A stretch of DNA of 64,000 nt from Candidatus Thorarchaeota archaeon (GTDB taxonomy: Archaea > Asgardarchaeota > Thorarchaeia > Thorarchaeales > Thorarchaeaceae). The notes beneath the pieces are model-generated. The model saw only the letters and a list, made by a program, of their open reading frames with translations, did no database searches and was not told where the DNA came from. The DNA is taken from positions 1-64,000 of the forward strand of contig DXJO01000010.1 in assembly GCA_019057475.1 (NCBI GenBank), written 5' to 3'. The position numbers and the translations under genes are program-made. Below are positions 58,311 to 64,000 of this stretch, piece after piece; position 1 is the first letter of the stretch, and every line of letters starts with the position of its first letter.

Positions 58311-59708
58311 ATGGAGCAGCTGATTCCTGTCCATGTAGGCCTGCTTGGTCACATCGACCATGGCAAGACTGAGCTAGCTAGAGCTTTGAGCGAAAAGGTC
58401 TCCACAGCTGGCTTGGACGGCCATCCGCAGGCCAAGAGCCGAGGCATTACGATAGATCTTGGCTTCTCAATGTTCGTGTTGGACAATTATCTTGTTACGC
58501 TCGTTGACGCTCCCGGTCATGCAGATCTCATTAGGAGCGTTGTATCCGGGACGAACATAATTGACGCTGCAATCCTGACAGTCGCTGCCAACGAAGGACC
58601 CATGGTGCAAACAGGAGAGCACATTGTGGTTCTCCAGTCCATGGGAATTGACACTGTAATTGTTGCGATAACCAAGGTCGACTTGGTCGATAGCGAAGTG
58701 CTCGCCAAGGTCATTGAGAGGACAAAAAGTGCATTGAGCGATTCAGGAGTGTCGACTGACTATTTCATCCCGATTTCCGCTACTACTGGCTTAGGCATTG
58801 AACAGCTCAAGGATGCACTGGCTGCAATCCTAGAGCCTCGACAGCGTGACGTGAAAGGTTCCTTACTGATGCCGATAGACCATGCGTTTCCAATCAAGGG
58901 CCATGGCACAGTTCTTACTGGCACGATTCTACGTGGTCAGGTTTCAGTTGGAGACACTATACAGGTGATGCCTCAAGGTTCAATGGCTAAAATCAGATCC
59001 CTGCAAACATACGGCGACGAGCGTAGAACTGCGAAGGCAGGCGACAGAGTGGGCGCCAATATCCCCGACTTGGATGACAAGATGATTAGTCGCGGTGATT
59101 ATGTGTGCACTCCAGGCTCCATGACAAAGACAACAGGGATCATTGCCCGTATTCGTATCAACCCGCTGTATCGTGGCAGAGTGACAAGCAGAATGGTGCT
59201 TAACGCCACGGTGGGTATGCCGAATGTGATATCAGAGATTATTCCATTTGAGACCGAGAATGATATCCGCATCGCCGTTTCAGACATTGGAAATGATGAG
59301 TTTGACGCGGCCATTTTGTTCAAGAGGATAATTGGCACAGAACTTGGACTCCGGCTTCTTCTAATGCGCACTGATCTGCCTCCTACAGTCATGCGGATAA
59401 TCGGCGCAGGCGAAGTCACGGATATTCCTACGGAAATTCGCTTGTTTAAGAAGAAGGTCCGGGTTGGCAGGGTGTCCCGAATTCGTGAGGCCGACGTGCT
59501 GGTCGAGGGGCTTGCCTCCAAGAAGGAGATTGCTGACTCACTCAAGGGTGTTTTTATCAAGACACGGAATGATGTGAAAGGAGTGATTGAACAGCCCTTT
59601 GGCACACGTGGAGTAGTGTCAGCTACATTTGATAACCCCGTGGAAGAAGGTGAAGATATCATCTATGAGCGGCTGGGTAAAGAGGAGGTATATCGATTTG
59701 GACAATGA
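58311..59708 (+). CDS. selB: Selenocysteine-specific elongation factor (archaeal SelB)
   Basis: GHIDHGKT, RGITIDLGFS, DAPGHADL, QTGEH, IDHAFPIKGHGTV.TGT, PFGTRG (archaeal domain IV); Sec gene context. Confidence 0.93.
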   Translation: MEQLIPVHVGLLGHIDHGKTELARALSEKVSTAGLDGHPQAKSRGITIDLGFSMFVLDNYLVTLVDAPGHADLIRSVVSGTNIIDAAILTVAANEGPMVQTGEHIVVLQSMGIDTVIVAITKVDLVDSEVLAKVIERTKSALSDSGVSTDYFIPISATTGLGIEQLKDALAAILEPRQRDVKGSLLMPIDHAFPIKGHGTVLTGTILRGQVSVGDTIQVMPQGSMAKIRSLQTYGDERRTAKAGDRVGANIPDLDDKMISRGDYVCTPGSMTKTTGIIARIRINPLYRGRVTSRMVLNATVGMPNVISEIIPFETENDIRIAVSDIGNDEFDAAILFKRIIGTELGLRLLLMRTDLPPTVMRIIGAGEVTDIPTEIRLFKKKVRVGRVSRIREADVLVEGLASKKEIADSLKGVFIKTRNDVKGVIEQPFGTRGVVSATFDNPVEEGEDIIYERLGKEEVYRFGQ

Positions 59709-61014
59709 TATCGAAAAACGGTTGACTGACCTTATACCTGAAAACATGGCCCGTCGCGGCCGCATCACGATTGACGCATTATTGGCTCCAGTGAAGGACA
59801 TTCTAAACAGACAGAGATTCCCTGACAGGCCTCTCACGGAACGTCAGGTGGAGCTGATGTTTACACTCCTCTCTTCAATGGATACCGATAAGGATCCCGC
59901 AGCTGCCCGGGTTGGCGAAAGAGAAGGTCGAACTATCTCGCCTCTTCTTGATCGTCTATCTGCTGGTTTCAACCACGGAATTGGCCGAAGCGGCCACCTC
60001 ATGGCGCCGCAACCAAAGGCTGCAGGTGCCTCTCTGATGCAGCAGGTGACAAATCATGTTGCCCTTGATGCTATTCGACGGTTAGGCCTTGAGAACGTCC
60101 GGGCAGGATTAGTTACCCCCTTGTCAACTGGAATGAGCATTGCTCTGATACTTGGCGCATTGCGTCGCACCTTGGGCATCAAAGAAGTTCTCTATCCGCG
60201 TATTGATCATGCATCTCCTCGTCGGGCGATTTCATTCGCTGGTCTTCAGGAAATTCGCGTTTCCACGATTCTTGAAGGAGATGCAGTGCGGGTTGATCTT
60301 GCAGAGCTTGAAAGCCGTCTGTCAAAGAGAAATGAAGCAGCTGTACTTGCCACAACCACGTTCTTTCCCCCTCGCGAGTCGGACCCGGTGAAAGATATCG
60401 CCAAGCTGTGCGCTGAGAGTGGTGCTCCCTTAGTAATCAATAACGCCTATGGGGTTCAATCGGAAGCCATCATGCATAGTATTCGATCTGCAATAGATGC
60501 GGGACGAGTTGATGCAGTGGTTCAGAGCAGCGACAAGAATTTTCTCACTCCTGTCGGAGGATCCATTATTGTTTCACCAGACAAGGAGATTATCGATAGT
60601 ACTGCTGAAACATATGCAGGCAGAGCCACTGCAGCGCCGGTTGTTCAGACCCTTGCAGCATTGTTACTGACTGGCCACGAGGAGTATACACGACTTCAAG
60701 CTGAGCAGATTGAAAACCTCACTTACTTGAGGGAACAACTGAGCTCCGTTGCTGACTCAATAGGACAAAGACTGTTGGAGGTCGAGAACCACGTGGCATG
60801 TGCTATGACTCTGAATGGTCTGAATGCAAGAGAGATAGGTGCTCGGCTCTACAACTTGAGAGTGACAGGGCCGCGCGTTGTGGAAAAGGGAGAAGAGGGG
60901 TCTTCCGTTGATAACTATCCCCACGACTACATCGTGATGAACGCAGCGATAGGAGCGAAGAGAGAACATATAGAGCAAGCTGCAGTGAAGCTTCATAAGG
61001 CGGCCAGTAAGTAG
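59698..61014 (+). CDS. spcS: O-phosphoseryl-tRNA(Sec) selenium transferase (SepSecS)
   Basis: LSSMDTD, GEREGR, HGIGRSG.L..PQPKAAG, INNAYGVQ, VQSSDKNF (PLP Lys); TTG start after GGAGGT, overlapping the selB end. Confidence 0.95.
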   Translation: MDNDIEKRLTDLIPENMARRGRITIDALLAPVKDILNRQRFPDRPLTERQVELMFTLLSSMDTDKDPAAARVGEREGRTISPLLDRLSAGFNHGIGRSGHLMAPQPKAAGASLMQQVTNHVALDAIRRLGLENVRAGLVTPLSTGMSIALILGALRRTLGIKEVLYPRIDHASPRRAISFAGLQEIRVSTILEGDAVRVDLAELESRLSKRNEAAVLATTTFFPPRESDPVKDIAKLCAESGAPLVINNAYGVQSEAIMHSIRSAIDAGRVDAVVQSSDKNFLTPVGGSIIVSPDKEIIDSTAETYAGRATAAPVVQTLAALLLTGHEEYTRLQAEQIENLTYLREQLSSVADSIGQRLLEVENHVACAMTLNGLNAREIGARLYNLRVTGPRVVEKGEEGSSVDNYPHDYIVMNAAIGAKREHIEQAAVKLHKAASK

Positions 61015-61044
61015 TCCAGACAGCTTGAACGGAGGGCCAAAAGC

Positions 61045-61695
61045 TTGAATGAGCTTGAAGGCAATGTGAAGGTTTCACGCACACACGAATACGAGAAGAC
61101 TGACCCGGTCACAGTTTTCAAACTTGCATGGTATGCAATAGCATCAAAGCCAGGTGTCTTGCTGGCTGATCACAGCGAGGCCGAGAGTCAATCATTCAAA
61201 GGTGAAGCAATGTTCACCGCGAAGATTGACCAGAAGCCCATCAAAATAAAGGTCGATGTCGACGAGGAACAAGGTTCTGTTGAGATGACTGGATGGGGCG
61301 AAGATGAAGTTGCCCTCGGCACCTATCTGGATGGTGCAATGGATGCCCTGAAAAAGTCCAGCGACAAGTATCTCAGTCTTGCAGATGAAGAAAAACAAAA
61401 GATCCGAAGAGCACTCATTGCAAAGACGTGCTGGGATCGGATTATCCACAAGATACTCAACAAGGCTCCACTCAGCGACATCTATTTCCAGCTGGCACAT
61501 GGCAGAGAGATGATGATCAAGGCGACTGAAGGTGATGAACTCAACCCAATCACACTCACCACGAGTGGATGGTTATCACGGATAGAGCCACTGCCTAAGG
61601 ACGAGGCACCTCCTGCGGGTCTTGCTACGGAACTGGCAAAGAAATGCATCGAGTGGAAGAGGGGCACACAGGAAGTCATTCAGAACTTTCTCTAA
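61045..61695 (+). CDS. Hypothetical protein directly downstream of SepSecS
   Basis: 216-aa ORF starting about 30 bp after the SepSecS stop; no family recognised. Confidence 0.7.
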   Translation: MNELEGNVKVSRTHEYEKTDPVTVFKLAWYAIASKPGVLLADHSEAESQSFKGEAMFTAKIDQKPIKIKVDVDEEQGSVEMTGWGEDEVALGTYLDGAMDALKKSSDKYLSLADEEKQKIRRALIAKTCWDRIIHKILNKAPLSDIYFQLAHGREMMIKATEGDELNPITLTTSGWLSRIEPLPKDEAPPAGLATELAKKCIEWKRGTQEVIQNFL

Positions 61696-61862
61696 ATGCA
61701 GTGTCGATTACGTACGTCGGATTGATTTTAACATACACAATGCATTATCAACTGCAGTAACAACATCCGCACTCTACGCAATCATTCGATGTAGACTCAA
61801 AGTGAAATTGGCATTAGTCCCGAAAGGTTTCAGTGATATGGGCCTTCGTGAAGAACGCGGGC

Positions 61863-62246
61863 CTAGCTGTGCTTCTTATGTAACGTGATAGATCCCCCTG
61901 CGTGGGGGAATGCTTCAACCTCAATAAGGAATGGGTTCCGCGATTCACCGACCTTTGTCCACATGACCTGATCGCGACGATAGTATCTGTAATCTGCGCC
62001 ATTATGTCGAATCTCAATCATTGATGTGGGAGGAAGATCGCTAAGGGATGCAATCTCCAACTTTTCTCCGGCTCTGGTCTGCTTGGGCTGAGAAAGGAAG
62101 ACTGGAAAGATTTCATCATTGATAGGTACAAGCAATGCCACATGCGGACGGTCTACGCAGTCCCAGAGTTTCGGAACTGGGGGTGTCCTGCACGAGAATG
62201 CTCCATATGATGAGCTTAGAGCTTGGAAGATACCTGCATCAATCAC
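61863..62246 (-). CDS. Hypothetical protein
   Basis: 127-aa ORF with GTG start; AT-rich promoter-like region upstream. Confidence 0.45.
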   Translation of the reverse strand: MIDAGIFQALSSSYGAFSCRTPPVPKLWDCVDRPHVALLVPINDEIFPVFLSQPKQTRAGEKLEIASLSDLPPTSMIEIRHNGADYRYYRRDQVMWTKVGESRNPFLIEVEAFPHAGGSITLHKKHS

Positions 62247-62503
62247 GTGACTCTGGTCTCCATCGAGTTCCTTGCATGACCCATTCCTAGAGTAAGGAAT
62301 TACTGTGATATATTAATAATAGATAGCATATAACTATTTATAGTAATTGGTTTGTCATCTCCACGCAATGGCACACACCTTGGATGCCCATGAACTCCCT
62401 TTCCCCGCACGATATCTCTGAGAAATAAGAACCAGGCACATACAACTTCGCATCACAGTATGCTACCCTCAGATTTAAGTCGCAATCACGATATTCTGCA
62501 TTT

Positions 62504-62594
62504 GGCCCCCTACAGAGCTGGTGGTCTGGTTCCGTGGGCTTCAAACCCATGATCGTGCAAGCGATAAGAGTTCGATTCTCTTAGGAGGCCGCCA
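62504..62594 (+). tRNA. selC: tRNA-Sec (anticodon UCA), 9/4 fold, CCA encoded
   Basis: 9-bp acceptor stem GGCCCCCTA/TAGGAGGCC (one C-A mismatch); 7-bp D-stem GAGCTGG/CTGGTTC; anticodon loop CTTCAAA (TCA at 62541-62543); long variable arm ATCGT-GCAA-GCGAT; 4-bp T-stem AGAG-TTCGATT-CTCT; G discriminator then CCA. Confidence 0.95.
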
Positions 62595-62622
62595 TAGCCG
62601 TTTTCCACAAATCTCTCTCTTC

Positions 62623-63387
62623 TCATAGCAGAGCTTGCAGTTCCTTCAGAATAACATCTCTCGCCATCTTGGGACTAATCTTATCGTAGGCTGCACGTTT
62701 GAGAACTCTTAGTCGGATGATGGATACTTCTCGGTTTCCACGTAACTCGGGGTGATTCTGAAGAAATCCTGATACCGTGTTTCTAGTGGCAAGGTCCAGC
62801 TTTTCGAATTCATTATCACCTGCAAGAGTTGACTTCGGTTGCCTGATGACTTCGAGTGAGCGAATGGTATTCACAATTTCGCTGACAGTAGAATCAAGAT
62901 CAGGAGTGGACATATCCACTTCAGCAAGGGGGCAATCCCACAGGTATCGAGCCCCGGGTCTGTCGAATCTTTCACTGATTCGTTGGATGACATGATCCGG
63001 AATCCTTGTGCCGGGTCTCTCTCTATTCCACTTGAGTGCCTCTTCAAGGGGCGTTGTCACATGGATTATCCCAAATGCACACTTCGCGTCAATAGCGATC
63101 TCTAGAAGCTCATGCCGCATGCTATTGTAGTAATTTGTATCGTCGTGAATCACACTCTTTCCTTTGCTAACGAGCGTTTCCACTCTTGCTAATGCAGCCT
63201 GACGTACCTCACCCTCCTTCTCCGGCACGAAATCTGAGTAGTAGGTATCATCTCGCCATTCATCAGTTCTGACAACCTCAACTTCAGGCCCTTTCGAATG
63301 AACTGCTAATCTAATTGCATCTGCCAGAGATGATTTTCCAGATGCTGGTAGCCCACAAAGGGCTAGTATGAACTGATTCATTGGCAA
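62623..63387 (-). CDS. pstK: L-seryl-tRNA(Sec) kinase (PSTK)
   Basis: CGLPASGKS, DDTNYYNSMRHEL, N.ER, FDRPG..Y.WD.P; adjacent to tRNA-Sec. Confidence 0.9.
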   Translation of the reverse strand: MPMNQFILALCGLPASGKSSLADAIRLAVHSKGPEVEVVRTDEWRDDTYYSDFVPEKEGEVRQAALARVETLVSKGKSVIHDDTNYYNSMRHELLEIAIDAKCAFGIIHVTTPLEEALKWNRERPGTRIPDHVIQRISERFDRPGARYLWDCPLAEVDMSTPDLDSTVSEIVNTIRSLEVIRQPKSTLAGDNEFEKLDLATRNTVSGFLQNHPELRGNREVSIIRLRVLKRAAYDKISPKMARDVILKELQALL

Positions 63388-63468
63388 TCTGCCACGTCAA
63401 GAAATCGCTTTCAAATGAACTTAGCGAAATACAAAGAAATGAAGAGTGATTGGGGAATTTCCCAACCA

Positions 63469-64000
63469 CTATGGTTTGATTGTGATTTGGAGGTTAATAG
63501 CGAGATCCTTGTAGCGGTTTCTCACCGTGACTTCTGTCACGTTGGATGCCTCTGCAATCTCACGCTGCGTGCGTCTGTCATTCTCGATGATACCAGCAAT
63601 GTACAACGCTGCAGCCGCCAGACCACCCGGATCCTTGCCTGCGGTGAGGCCTCTAGCCCTCGCATTGTTGATTATACCTATTGCAGTCTGGACTGTCTTG
63701 CCCTCCAATGCTAGGTCTGAGGATATTCTAGGCATTAGGTCGTTTGCAGATGCTAGGGGAACCTTCAATTTGACGTTGCGTAGGATAAGCCTTACGCACT
63801 GGCCAAGCTCCTTCCTGTTGATTCTCGCCTCAGTCACTACCTCATCCAACTGGCGCGGAATCTTGTGAATTCTGCACGAGAGGTAAATCGATGCCGCAAC
63901 CATTCCCTCAATGCTCCTACCTCTGACCAACCGTGTGTTCAGGGCTTTCCGGTAAACGAGGGCCGCTGTTTCCTTGGTTTCATGAGGAACGCCCAGTTGG
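63469..64000 (-). CDS. tfb: Second TFB paralog, 5' part outside the window
   Basis: QLGVPHETKETAALVYRKA..LVRGRSIE..GKDPGGLAAAALYIA..TQREIAE..VTEVTVRNRYK. Confidence 0.95.
   Translation of the reverse strand, partial: QLGVPHETKETAALVYRKALNTRLVRGRSIEGMVAASIYLSCRIHKIPRQLDEVVTEARINRKELGQCVRLILRNVKLKVPLASANDLMPRISSDLALEGKTVQTAIGIINNARARGLTAGKDPGGLAAAALYIAGIIENDRRTQREIAEASNVTEVTVRNRYKDLAINLQITIKP

Noticed and set aside
62338-62550. Minus-strand 70-aa ORF
   Set aside because: It overlaps the tRNA-Sec gene and its promoter in antisense.

Overview
Archaeal chromosomal window, most likely an Asgard archaeon (Thorarchaeia-like). This is inferred from the archaeal ribosomal gene set, a Roadblock/LC7 gene, a Get3-like ATPase, HdrA/HypD, the archaeal/eukaryotic-type selenocysteine genes and several beta-helix surface proteins. 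Layout: (1) 1-7.8 kb, three paralogous parallel beta-helix surface proteins, one with an exact 66-bp coil duplication; (2) 8.1-26.8 kb, the RNase P RNA gene plus the L22-to-secY/adk/cmk/cbf5 ribosomal superoperon, interrupted by hsp20 and by two unrelated genes; (3) 28.6-36.3 kb, an accessory block where a 1806-aa protein with a RecB-type PD-(D/E)XK nuclease domain is transcribed divergently from a TnpB/Cas12f-like RuvC protein; (4) 36-58 kb, housekeeping and metabolic genes; (5) 58.3-63.4 kb, a selenocysteine cluster (selB, SepSecS, two unknown ORFs, tRNA-Sec(UCA), PSTK), then a second, truncated TFB gene. The block in (3) is the most promising undescribed system. Its TnpB has a Fanzor/TnpB2-type rearranged RuvC-II, no transposase or CRISPR array is present, the gene is flanked by two structured non-coding segments that are complementary to each other (18/20), and a shared inverted-repeat motif brackets the whole block. 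All calls come from motif recognition by eye; no searches or folding programs were run.
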